Shown here piece by piece: positions 39,278 to 48,195 of a DNA stretch of 64,000 bases. Location: contig JAFRQD010000048.1 in NCBI GenBank assembly GCA_017428785.1, forward strand, positions 56,358 to 120,357, written 5' to 3'. Within the stretch, counting starts at the first letter, position 1. Every line of letters starts with the position of its first letter. The position numbers and the translations under genes are program-made. The stretch is from Bacteroidaceae bacterium. Its GTDB lineage: Bacteria; Bacteroidota; Bacteroidia; Bacteroidales; Bacteroidaceae. The notes under the pieces were generated by a model that worked only from the letters and a program-made list of their open reading frames with translations, made no database searches and had not been told where the DNA came from.

Positions 39278-40781
39278 ACACATTATTTATATATGCTTAG
39301 CACTCCTCCTTGTCGCTTGCGACAGGGAGGATGAGTGCTTTTCTGCAGCGGACTTCGAGACGCACGAAGGCTATGCCTTGAGTGCAGGCACGAGCACGGT
39401 GTTCATCAACTCGAGCTTTGCCTACGACACGGAAGCCGACTGGGTGGAGAACATCAAGGCGAACTCGCGCCGCTTCGTCAATGGCGATGGCCTCTACGAC
39501 GATGCTCTGACGCAGGCTGCGGGTCTTGGCCCTGTCTATGCAGGCTATTCCTGCGGTTCTTGCCATCGGAATGCAGGCAGGACGAAGCCGGCCTTGTGGA
39601 CGCAGACAGGCACCGACGCCGACGGCACACCGGTCTATGGTTCCGGCAGCTATGGGTTCAGTTCGATGCTTGTCTATGTCACGAGGAAGAACGGCGCCTT
39701 CTTCCAGAACTATGGGCGTGTTTTGCACGACCAGAGCATCTACGGTGTGACGGCTGAAGGCAAGCTCGAATGTCGTTGGCACGAGCAGTCGTTCGCCTTC
39801 CCCGACGGTGAGACGTACAGCCTCGCCTATCCCGAATACACCATCACCGACTGGTATAAAGGCTACGGCGAGACAGGCGAGCCCATCAATCCCGATGAGC
39901 TTTTCTGCACCGTCCGCATTCCGCTTCGGCATGTAGGCATGGGGCAGATGATGGCCCTCGACAGGAATGAGATAGAGCAGCTTGCGGCAAAGTCGAACTA
40001 TCCGGAGTATGGCATAAGCGGCCGCTGCAACTACATCACCGAGCGCGGCATCCGGCAACTGGGGCTTTCGGGCAACAAGGCACAGCACGCGGACTTGACG
40101 GTCGAGCTTGGCTTCTCGTCGGACATGGGCGCGACCAACAGCCGTTATCCCGAAGAGATATGTGAAGGCCAGTCGCAGATGCAGGAGGGTTCGATGATGG
40201 GGTTGCTCTACGACAAGCTCGACGTCACGACCGAGGACATGGAGGATGTGGACTTTTACCTGCACGGGCTTGGTGTACCGGCCAGGAGGCTGGGCAGCAC
40301 GAAGCAGCCTGCCGCCTACAAAGGGCGCACCATCAACGAGCGGGAACTCGTTGCGATTGGCGAGCAGAAGTTCTACGAAGCGAAGTGTCACCTCTGCCAC
40401 GTCACGACGCTCCACACCAGACCGCGCGGCGCCACGCTCCTGAACGGCACAGAGTTGCCGTGGCTGGGCGGACAGACGGTGCATCCCTACAGCGACTACC
40501 TGCTCCACGACATGGGCAGCGAGCTGATGGGCGTCGGCCTGAACGACAACTATGTGAGCGGTCTGGCCCGAGGCAACGAATGGCGCACGACGCCGCTCTG
40601 GGGCATAGGACTGCAGGAGAAGGTCAACGCACACACCTACTTCCTGCACGACGGCCGGGCACGCAACCTGACGGAAGCCATCATGTGGCACGGCGGCGAG
40701 GGAGAGGCCAGCAAGAACCTCTTCGCGAAGATGGAGAAGGACGACCGCTCGGCCCTCATAAAGTTCCTGGAGAGCCTGTAA
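39273..40781 (+). CDS. DUF1111-family di-haem oxidoreductase (putative peroxidase/thiol oxidoreductase) lipoprotein
   Basis: It has two CxxCH motifs (CGSCHRN and CHLCHVT), a lipobox (LLVAC), and adjacency to an imelysin gene. The start is TTG because no in-frame ATG is nearby. Confidence 0.7.
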   Translation: MRHIIYICLALLLVACDREDECFSAADFETHEGYALSAGTSTVFINSSFAYDTEADWVENIKANSRRFVNGDGLYDDALTQAAGLGPVYAGYSCGSCHRNAGRTKPALWTQTGTDADGTPVYGSGSYGFSSMLVYVTRKNGAFFQNYGRVLHDQSIYGVTAEGKLECRWHEQSFAFPDGETYSLAYPEYTITDWYKGYGETGEPINPDELFCTVRIPLRHVGMGQMMALDRNEIEQLAAKSNYPEYGISGRCNYITERGIRQLGLSGNKAQHADLTVELGFSSDMGATNSRYPEEICEGQSQMQEGSMMGLLYDKLDVTTEDMEDVDFYLHGLGVPARRLGSTKQPAAYKGRTINERELVAIGEQKFYEAKCHLCHVTTLHTRPRGATLLNGTELPWLGGQTVHPYSDYLLHDMGSELMGVGLNDNYVSGLARGNEWRTTPLWGIGLQEKVNAHTYFLHDGRARNLTEAIMWHGGEGEASKNLFAKMEKDDRSALIKFLESL

Positions 40782-40784
40782 TAA

Positions 40785-40816
40785 AGTTCATAGTTCATAG
40801 TTTAAAGTTCATAGTT
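40785..40816. repeat. CATAGTT heptamer array next to the porin start codon
   Basis: The sequence is agttcatagttcatagtttaaagttcatagtt, from the same family as 446-477. Confidence 0.9.
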
Positions 40817-40821
40817 ATAAT

Positions 40822-42126
40822 ATGAAAAAGACATACATACTACTTTTAGTCAGCCTTCTCGCCTTGCCAACTATGGCCGAGGAACATGAGAAGGAGAGAA
40901 ACATCACCTTCGAGAAGTACAACTTCAGGAGTGCCGACCTCGGGCAGCAGACAGAAGGCATCGACATGGAGAACGGCGTGCTGGGCATAGCTGACGACAG
41001 AGGCTTCACGCTGCAGTCGCGCGACGGCCGATTCATCTTCAAGCCGTACCTGTTCATGCAGGCAAGAGGCCAATACCATTACTATGACGACGAGGGTCTG
41101 GACAAAGCGTACAACCAGGACAATGTGGCCAACTCGGGCTTCTCGATGCCTTACGCCATCCTGGGTTTCACAGGCACCACCTTTGGCCGGCTCGACTACA
41201 ACCTGAGCATCAATGCTGCCGGCAGCGGCGGCAATGTCCTGCAACAGGCCTGGGTGGACTACCGCATCTCGCCTGCCGCACGCTTCCGTGCCGGCAAGTT
41301 CAAGACGCCCTTCTTCCACGCCTACCTCACCACGCTTGGCGAGACACTCTTCCCCTGTCTGCCCACGTCGCTGACAGCCTCGGTCATCATGCCCTATAGC
41401 CTGAACGCCGTCACACCAAGTATCGGCACAGGCTTTGACCTCGGCTTCCAGTTCCACGGCAAGGCAAGGCTCAATAAGAAGCCGGACAGCTGGATGATGG
41501 GCTACGAGGTGGGACTCTGGAACGGCAGCGGCAGCGGCGTGAACAGCGCGACGAAGACGCTCTCCGACGACGCCCACATCCCCTCCCTGCTCTATGCCGG
41601 TCGCCTCACCTTCATGCCTTGGGGCAACATGCCTGCCACGCAGGGAAACAGCCACATGCTCAAGGGACGCCACATGCTCTTTGGCGTGAGCGGCGGCATC
41701 AACGTGGAGAGTGAGAGCGAGAGCACCAACGACACGCGGCTCGGCGCAGAGTGGAGCATGCTCTACGGCCGCTGGTACGCCGCAGCAGAGGCCTACTGGA
41801 TGCACGTCAGCTTCACCAAAAGGCAGAAAATCGACACGAGCTACAACTTCTGGGGCGCGTACGGACAGGTGGGCTACTTCTTCACGAAGAGTCTGCAGGC
41901 TGGCTTCCGCTACGACTTCCTCGACCGCAACGGCTCGGGCAAGGACGGCATCCTCAACATGCCGGCTGCCGTGGTGAACTACTATGTCAACAAGTGCAAC
42001 CTGAAACTCTCGGCGATGTATCAGTTTACGGGCAGGTACGGACACGAGACGCAACTGGACCGCGACAACGACGACCTGGGGCTGAGCACACACGCCGCAA
42101 CCTTGCAGCTGCAGTACAGCTTCTAA
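40822..42126 (+). CDS. Phosphate-selective porin O/P-family outer membrane protein
   Basis: It has a signal peptide, the segments FIFKPYLFMQARGQY and RFRAGKFKTPF characteristic of porin O_P, and a terminal Phe (LQYSF). Confidence 0.65.
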   Translation: MKKTYILLLVSLLALPTMAEEHEKERNITFEKYNFRSADLGQQTEGIDMENGVLGIADDRGFTLQSRDGRFIFKPYLFMQARGQYHYYDDEGLDKAYNQDNVANSGFSMPYAILGFTGTTFGRLDYNLSINAAGSGGNVLQQAWVDYRISPAARFRAGKFKTPFFHAYLTTLGETLFPCLPTSLTASVIMPYSLNAVTPSIGTGFDLGFQFHGKARLNKKPDSWMMGYEVGLWNGSGSGVNSATKTLSDDAHIPSLLYAGRLTFMPWGNMPATQGNSHMLKGRHMLFGVSGGINVESESESTNDTRLGAEWSMLYGRWYAAAEAYWMHVSFTKRQKIDTSYNFWGAYGQVGYFFTKSLQAGFRYDFLDRNGSGKDGILNMPAAVVNYYVNKCNLKLSAMYQFTGRYGHETQLDRDNDDLGLSTHAATLQLQYSF

Positions 42127-42160
42127 ATAGTCCATAGTTCATAGTCCATAGTTCATAGTT
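42127..42160. repeat. CATAGTY heptamer array between the porin stop and the next start
   Basis: The sequence is atagtccatagttcatagtccatagttcatagtt. Confidence 0.9.
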
Positions 42161-42173
42161 AGAGTCTCTACTA

Positions 42174-42920
42174 ATGAAACCTATACATTATATATTATAT
42201 ATATGTGCGGTCGTCGGGCTTGCAGCTTGCGACAGCGGCGACATTCAAGAAAAGGTCTATACTGTCGATGAAAAGGGCAAAACGGTGAAGGTGACTGCCC
42301 GCCTGAGCAACCTCAGCGAATGGGAAGGTACGGGCTACACACTGGCTGTGGCGGGCTTCACTGCGGACAGCAAATTCGCCCTGCTGCAAAGGGCATTGCC
42401 CTCGAGTGCCGAGGACGGAACCCCCGTCAGCATCGTCCTGTCGAACATCAGCAATGAGGTGCAGACGGTGGAGGTGGCGCTGACCAATTCACTGCGCAAA
42501 CGCATCATCTCCCTTGCCACAATCAATATGTCGGAGCACGCCGAGAAGAGCGCTCGCGACACCATCCGGCTCGACCTGGGCACAGTGGATGCGGGGCACT
42601 TCGGTGTCTTGCAGACAGCCATCTTCAATCGCGCTTGCATCCAATGCCACGGAGGAAACGGGCGCTCGGCAGCCGGACTGAACCTGACGGAAGGCAACGC
42701 CAGAGCCAACCTCGTGGATGTGCCGAGCACGAGGCAAGAGGGGATGCTCCGCGTGGAGAGCGGAAATGTGGAACGCTCCCTGCTCCATCTCATCCTCAAC
42801 GAGGGAGGAGAGCATCTGCTCACACACAACCACACAGAAATCCTCAGCAGTCAGTTCAAGACAAACCTCGAGGAAGTGAATTACCTGATAGACAGCTGGA
42901 TAGAACGCCTCACGCCATAG
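42174..42920 (+). CDS. Lipoprotein with a single CxxCH haem-binding motif
   Basis: It has a lipobox (GLAAC) and CIQCHGG in the C-terminal half. It is the last gene of the imelysin cluster. Confidence 0.5.
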   Translation: MKPIHYILYICAVVGLAACDSGDIQEKVYTVDEKGKTVKVTARLSNLSEWEGTGYTLAVAGFTADSKFALLQRALPSSAEDGTPVSIVLSNISNEVQTVEVALTNSLRKRIISLATINMSEHAEKSARDTIRLDLGTVDAGHFGVLQTAIFNRACIQCHGGNGRSAAGLNLTEGNARANLVDVPSTRQEGMLRVESGNVERSLLHLILNEGGEHLLTHNHTEILSSQFKTNLEEVNYLIDSWIERLTP

Positions 42921-43012
42921 CTCCAAACGCCGCCTGCGGAAATGGCAATCGCCGCACGCGGGGATTGGCATCGCCGCACGCGGAAATTGGCATCGCCGCA
43001 CGCGGCGTTTTC
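42921..43012. repeat. 22-bp-period CGCCGCACGCGG(GGATTGGCAT) palindromic array directly after a stop codon
   Basis: There are four units from the same family as 1569-1660, ending in cgccgcacgcggcgtttt. Confidence 0.85.
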
Positions 43013-43088
43013 AAGCCCCCTGCAAGGCGTTTTTCTTCATCACGCAATAATTTTCAATATGCAATTTTCAATTTTCAATTATTTATCG

Positions 43089-43096
43089 TACCTTTG
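43089..43096 (+). promoter_or_regulatory. -7 box TACCTTTG
   Basis: It lies 24 nt upstream of the ATG at 43120 and is preceded by TTTCAAT heptamers. Confidence 0.55.
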
Positions 43097-43119
43097 CACC
43101 CAATATTACATAAAGCACC

Positions 43120-44268
43120 ATGCAATTTAAGAAAAAATATCTGGAAAAACTCGGTGCCACTATCGAACTGACGGCCTTTGCCCCAGAGAAAAAGACTGCG
43201 GAATACCACGCTATCCTGCACGTCGAATCGCGAGGCGAAGCCTTTCTGGAACAGTTCCGACGCATCTGCCAGGCGGAAACCCAACTGCTTGAGTCAGAAG
43301 ACATAAAAGGCGCCAAACCCGTCTTCAAGCGGTACTTCCTGTCCGATGCCACTAATCAAAGGCCTCTCATGGGACAGGACGACACATGCACCGTTTCATA
43401 CATTCAGCAACCGCCACTCGACGGAAGCAAAATCGCTCTGTGGCTCTACCTGCAACGCGGCACAGACATCACACCGAATGCCGACGAGAAACAGTCCACC
43501 ATCGTGCGCCACAACGGCTACGAACACCTGTGGACAATGGGCATGACAACGAGCGAGGGCAGCAGCTACGGGCAGTCGGAACACCTCCTGGTGGACTATG
43601 CGAAACTCCTCGAAAGCTATGACATGACTCTGGAAGACAACTGCATCCGCACATGGTTCTTCGTCCGCGATGTCGATACACAATACAAAGGCCTCGTGGT
43701 TGCCCGTTGGGAGAACTTCACCCTGCACGGCCTGACGCCCGAGACACACTACATCGCCTCCACAGGCATCGGCGGAAATCCGCCCGACCCAAAGGCCATC
43801 ATCCAGCTGGGATGCTATGCCCTGAAAGGCTTCAAGCCAGAGCAGCAGCGCTACCTCTATGCCGCATCGCACCTCAACCGCACCAGCGAGTACGGAGTGA
43901 CCTTCGAGCGAGGCACACTGCTGCAGTTCGGAGACCGCAACCACGCCATCATCTCCGGCACAGCCAGCATCAACAACAAGGGCGAAGTGGAGCATGTGGG
44001 GAACATCGAGCTGCAGACGAAACGCATGTGGGAGAACGTGGAGAAACTCCTCGAGGAAGCAGGAATGACCATGAACAACGCAGCTCAACTCATTGTCTAT
44101 CTGCGCGATGGCTCCGACTTCGAAACCGTCAAGGAGATGTTCCGCAAGAAGTATCCGCACATCCCCACAGTCTTCACACTCGCTCCCGTGTGCCGTCCAT
44201 CATGGCTCATCGAGATGGAATGCATGGCCATACAAGCCGCAGAGAACGACTGCTTTAATGATTTCTAA
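43120..44268 (+). CDS. RidA/YjgF-fold protein, possibly an FkbO/Hyg5-type chorismatase
   Basis: The C-terminal ~130 aa look like an endoribonuclease L-PSP/RidA domain (ISGTASINNKGEVEHVGNIELQTKRMWENVEKLLEEAG...VYLRD). A ~380 aa two-domain length fits the chorismatase family. This assignment is tentative. Confidence 0.4.
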   Translation: MQFKKKYLEKLGATIELTAFAPEKKTAEYHAILHVESRGEAFLEQFRRICQAETQLLESEDIKGAKPVFKRYFLSDATNQRPLMGQDDTCTVSYIQQPPLDGSKIALWLYLQRGTDITPNADEKQSTIVRHNGYEHLWTMGMTTSEGSSYGQSEHLLVDYAKLLESYDMTLEDNCIRTWFFVRDVDTQYKGLVVARWENFTLHGLTPETHYIASTGIGGNPPDPKAIIQLGCYALKGFKPEQQRYLYAASHLNRTSEYGVTFERGTLLQFGDRNHAIISGTASINNKGEVEHVGNIELQTKRMWENVEKLLEEAGMTMNNAAQLIVYLRDGSDFETVKEMFRKKYPHIPTVFTLAPVCRPSWLIEMECMAIQAAENDCFNDF

Positions 44269-44289
44269 GCAAGCGAAGGGTCGTCGCCC

Positions 44290-44323
44290 CAATGTTCAAT
44301 GTTCAATATTCAATGTTCAATAT
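44290..44323. repeat. (TTCAATG/A)x5 heptamer array immediately upstream of ychF
   Basis: The sequence is caatgttcaatgttcaatattcaatgttcaatat, ending 6 nt before the ATG. Confidence 0.9.
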
Positions 44324-44329
44324 AATTAA

Positions 44330-45427
44330 ATGAAAGCCGGCATAGTAGGCCTTCCCAATGTAGGCAAGTCAACCCTCTTCAACTGCCTGTCGAGCGCAAA
44401 GGCTCAGGCAGCCAATTTCCCTTTCTGTACCATCGATGCACAACTCGGCCAGGTAACGGTCCCCGATGAGAGACTGACCAAGCTCGCCGAACTCGTGCAC
44501 CCGGGACGCATCGTGCCCGCAGTCTGCGACATCGTCGATATTGCCGGTCTCGTGAAAGGCGCCAGCAAGGGCGAAGGCCTGGGCAACCAGTTCCTGGCCA
44601 ACATCCGCGAGTGCGACGCCATCATCCATGTGCTACGCTGCTTCGACAACGACGGCATCGTGCATGTTGACGGCAGCGTCAATCCCGTCCGCGACAAGGA
44701 AATCATCGATGCGGAACTGCAAATCAAAGACCTCGAGACCATCGAGAACCGCATCAAGAAAGTGGAGAAACAGGCAAAAGTGGGCGGCGACAAGCAGGCC
44801 AAGGTTGAGCTCGACGTGCTGCTCCGCTACCAAGACGCCCTCAACAAAGGCCTCAGTGCTCGGAGCGTCAGCTTCGAGACCGAAGACGAACTGACGGCAG
44901 CCGCCGGCCTCTTCCTGCTCACCACGAAGCCCGTCCTCTATGTCTGCAACGTCGACGACGCGTCGGCTGCCACAGGCAACGCCTATACGGAGGCCGTCAA
45001 GAAAGCCATCAAGGGCGAGGATGCCGAGATGCTCATCATCTCAGCACAGACGGAAGCCGACATCGCAGAACTCGAGACCTACGAAGAGAAGCAGATGTTC
45101 CTCGAAGACCTCGGTTTGACGGAGAGCGGCTGCAACCGCCTCATCAAGGCCATCTACCACCTGCTCACGCTGCAGACCTTCATCACGGCAGGCGAGATGG
45201 AAGTGAAGGCCTGGACCTTCCGCCGCGGCTGGAAGGCACCGCAATGTGCCGGCGTCATCCACACGGACTTCGAGAAAGGCTTCATCCGCGCAGAGGTCAT
45301 CAAGTACGAGGACTATATCCACTACGGCTCGGAAGCCGCCGTCCGCGACGCCGGCAAGATGAGCGTCGAGGGCAAGGACTATGTCGTGCAGGACGGCGAC
45401 ATCATGCATTTTAGATTCAACGTGTAG
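44330..45427 (+). CDS. ychF: Redox-regulated ribosome-binding ATPase YchF
   Basis: MKAGIVGLPNVGKSTLFN, DIAGLVKGASKGEGLGNQFL and the C-terminal TGS/YchF domain (HTDFEKGFIRAEV). Confidence 0.9.
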   Translation: MKAGIVGLPNVGKSTLFNCLSSAKAQAANFPFCTIDAQLGQVTVPDERLTKLAELVHPGRIVPAVCDIVDIAGLVKGASKGEGLGNQFLANIRECDAIIHVLRCFDNDGIVHVDGSVNPVRDKEIIDAELQIKDLETIENRIKKVEKQAKVGGDKQAKVELDVLLRYQDALNKGLSARSVSFETEDELTAAAGLFLLTTKPVLYVCNVDDASAATGNAYTEAVKKAIKGEDAEMLIISAQTEADIAELETYEEKQMFLEDLGLTESGCNRLIKAIYHLLTLQTFITAGEMEVKAWTFRRGWKAPQCAGVIHTDFEKGFIRAEVIKYEDYIHYGSEAAVRDAGKMSVEGKDYVVQDGDIMHFRFNV

Positions 45428-45453
45428 CTTTAATCCTTAATCTTTAATCTGAA

Positions 45454-46299
45454 ATGCAATTTCAATATATCACTTGGAATCCCGATGTCGTTGCCCTCGA
45501 CCTGGGCTTCTTCGCCATTCGTTGGTACTCGCTCTTCTGGGCGATTGGCCTTGTTTCTGTGTATCTCTTGATGCACAGGCTTTATAAACAGCAGAAGATC
45601 AGTGAGGAGCAGTTCGAGCCGATGTTCATGTATTGCTTCCTCGGCATCCTTATAGGCGCAAGATTGGGGCATTGCCTGTTCTACGAGCCGGGCTATTACC
45701 TGTCACATCCTGTTGAGATGCTGCTGCCTTTCCGCAATGTTCCGGGCAAAGGCTGGACGTTCACCGGCTACGAAGGGCTGGCGAGCCACGGTGGCACGCT
45801 CGGCCTCATGATTGCTCTCTGGCTTTATGCCAAGCACGTCGGCCTCAAGTTCCTGCACGTCCTCGACAATGTCGCCATCGTCACGCCCATCTGTGCCTGT
45901 GCCATCCGCCTCGGCAACCTCATGAACTCCGAGATAATAGGAAGGCCGACCGACCTGCCGTGGGCTTTCATCTTCGAGAAGGTTGACATGCTCCCTCGCC
46001 ACCCGGGGCAGCTCTACGAGGCCATCTGCTACGCCATCTTCTTCGGCATTCATTGGTTCTTCTACCGTCGCTATCCGCAGAAGGTGGGCAGCGGCTTCTT
46101 CTTCGGCCTCTGCCTCTTCCTCATCTTCACAAGCAGAATCTTCATCGAGTACACAAAGGAGAACCAGGAAGCCTTCGAGGACGGCATGCTCTTCAACATG
46201 GGCCAACTGCTCTCTGTCCCCTTTGTCCTGCTCGGCCTCTACTGTATGATTAAAGCCTTATCCTCGTCTGAACAGACAGGTCGTTCTTCCAAGGGCTGA
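45454..46299 (+). CDS. lgt: Prolipoprotein diacylglyceryl transferase
   Basis: It is multi-TM with [34 protein letters not shown] and [10 protein letters not shown]. Confidence 0.85.
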   Translation: MQFQYITWNPDVVALDLGFFAIRWYSLFWAIGLVSVYLLMHRLYKQQKISEEQFEPMFMYCFLGILIGARLGHCLFYEPGYYLSHPVEMLLPFRNVPGKGWTFTGYEGLASHGGTLGLMIALWLYAKHVGLKFLHVLDNVAIVTPICACAIRLGNLMNSEIIGRPTDLPWAFIFEKVDMLPRHPGQLYEAICYAIFFGIHWFFYRRYPQKVGSGFFFGLCLFLIFTSRIFIEYTKENQEAFEDGMLFNMGQLLSVPFVLLGLYCMIKALSSSEQTGRSSKG

Positions 46300-48187
46300 G
46301 GATTCGCTGTAGGGCGGTGCCTTGCTCGTCGCGGTCGAAGTAGCGCAGCAGGCTGTAACGCGCTTCGAGCCACCACTTTTCATTCTTGCTTTTCCAACGG
46401 CACGCGAGGATGCCAAGCATGCCGTGCCCGTAGTATGAGGCGGACGAGATGGTGCTGTAGAGTGCCGGCGACTGCAGATATATGCGGCTCAGGTAGTCGT
46501 CGGTATTGAAGTAGCCGAGCTGTGCGTTGAACGTCAAGTTCGGCTTCGGCAACATGTATCGGGCATTTTGGCTGACGAGGAAGCCGTTCCTGCCCAGCAC
46601 ATTGTGGAAGAAGCCCGTTGTCTGCAGCCGCAACTTGCCAGAAGGCTCGCAAGTCCATTGCAGTTTGACGCGGTGATGCGGCTCCATCAGGTCGCCATTC
46701 TCTTTCCTTTTCAGTTGGTAGCGAGCGAGGAGCGTGTGTTGCCTCGAGAGTGTGTAGCTGCCTTGCAGCATGAAGTCCTGGCCTGTGCTGCTGTGCGTCA
46801 TGCGGTAACGCGGCCAGGGATGATGGAAGAAGTCGGCATAGGCGGTCAGCTGCAAACCAGCCAAAGGTTCCGCTTGCAGGTGGAGAAGCACGCCGCTCTC
46901 GTTCTGCGCGTTGCTGTTCTCGGCGAGCGAACTGGCGTAGAACGAGTAGTACTGATAGGCATAGAAGCGTTGGACGGCAGAGAGGATGTAGTTCCGAGTA
47001 ATCGTCCACGACGCGCGATTGATGGTTGCCCAGCCGCCGCCGGCAGAGCTGTAGGCCGTCTCTCCGGCAAAGGACAGGCGGTAGCGCGTGTAGCCGTAGT
47101 TCACGCCTGCCGTGCCGAAAGCATCTCCTTTCGGATAAATCGCCCTGTACTGCTGGCTGCCGGGATTGAGGACGCGGCTGAACTTCTGCCAGTAGCCCGT
47201 CGCCCCCAGATGGAAGCCCTTGTTGTACCAGGCAATGTTGCCGCCAAGCATGGTGCTGCCCACATTCCTTCGTCGCTCCCATTCCGATGCCGTCCGATGG
47301 TAGCCGTCGGTCCGCAAGGTCTGCACTTCGCCCTCACTTGTCAGCGTGGCATCGCGCTTTCGGTATGAGCCGAAGGTGCTCAACTTGAGGTGCTTGGACA
47401 AAGACAGCGTGACGGCAGCACCGCGGAGGAAGTTCGTCTCGTCCATGCCTGTCATAGGACGGATGCCGCCTTGTGTCTTGAGCGGCGGCGTGCTCTTGCT
47501 GTTCCAAGTGCTTCCGCCCAGCACCAAGCCCTCGCCAAACCCGATGCGGTAGTCGCCGACTATTGCCTTGTCGAGGATGCCGACGTCGTGCAGCATGGCA
47601 TACGCCCCGTAGCTGTCGTAATAACGCTCGCCTGCGTCCTTCTCCACTCGCAGCCCTGCCTGAAAATGCCGGCTGTTGCCTATCTGATAGCGAATGCGGT
47701 GGTAGAGCGCATCGCCACGATAACCGTTCTTCTGTTGCTGCCCTACCCTATAATAAAGAGGGATGTCGAGGCGTGTCGAGAAGTCGTGGCGGAGGCTCCT
47801 AAACAGCTTGTCTTTGGCGTTTTGCTGTATCGGCTCGGCATAGACAAAGAGCGAAAGCCGCCTGCGCGTCACGTCGTCGATGAGCGGCACGAGTCGCAAC
47901 TCCGAGAGCGTCTGCATCTGTCCGTGCAGATAGATGTAGGCGTGAATCTGCTCAATCTGTGCCTCAGAGAGAAACGGCAACTGCAGAAAGTCCTCCACAG
48001 TTGCCGTGTTGATGTTAATTGGATGCTCCGAAAGCTCCTTCAACTCCTGCAGATGCAGCTGAAGGTCCTCTTCTTCTGCCCGCTCCACATCGCTTGTGTA
48101 CTCCTCCACGAAGTCGTCCCAATCATACTTCTGCGCAGCTAAGGAAGAAGCGAGAAGCATGAAAAAGAGGAACAAAAGCAGGCGCAT
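46250..48187 (-). CDS. Helix-hairpin-helix (ComEA-like) domain protein with a large putative beta-barrel C-terminal region
   Basis: The start at [19 protein letters not shown] gives a signal peptide. It has the HhH motifs [25 protein letters not shown], and the rest is rich in alternating aromatic beta-strand pattern. Confidence 0.5.
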   Translation of the reverse strand: MRLLLFLFFMLLASSLAAQKYDWDDFVEEYTSDVERAEEEDLQLHLQELKELSEHPININTATVEDFLQLPFLSEAQIEQIHAYIYLHGQMQTLSELRLVPLIDDVTRRRLSLFVYAEPIQQNAKDKLFRSLRHDFSTRLDIPLYYRVGQQQKNGYRGDALYHRIRYQIGNSRHFQAGLRVEKDAGERYYDSYGAYAMLHDVGILDKAIVGDYRIGFGEGLVLGGSTWNSKSTPPLKTQGGIRPMTGMDETNFLRGAAVTLSLSKHLKLSTFGSYRKRDATLTSEGEVQTLRTDGYHRTASEWERRRNVGSTMLGGNIAWYNKGFHLGATGYWQKFSRVLNPGSQQYRAIYPKGDAFGTAGVNYGYTRYRLSFAGETAYSSAGGGWATINRASWTITRNYILSAVQRFYAYQYYSFYASSLAENSNAQNESGVLLHLQAEPLAGLQLTAYADFFHHPWPRYRMTHSSTGQDFMLQGSYTLSRQHTLLARYQLKRKENGDLMEPHHRVKLQWTCEPSGKLRLQTTGFFHNVLGRNGFLVSQNARYMLPKPNLTFNAQLGYFNTDDYLSRIYLQSPALYSTISSASYYGHGMLGILACRWKSKNEKWWLEARYSLLRYFDRDEQGTALQRILSPWKNDLSVQTRIRL

Positions 48188-48195
48188 CTTACTTC

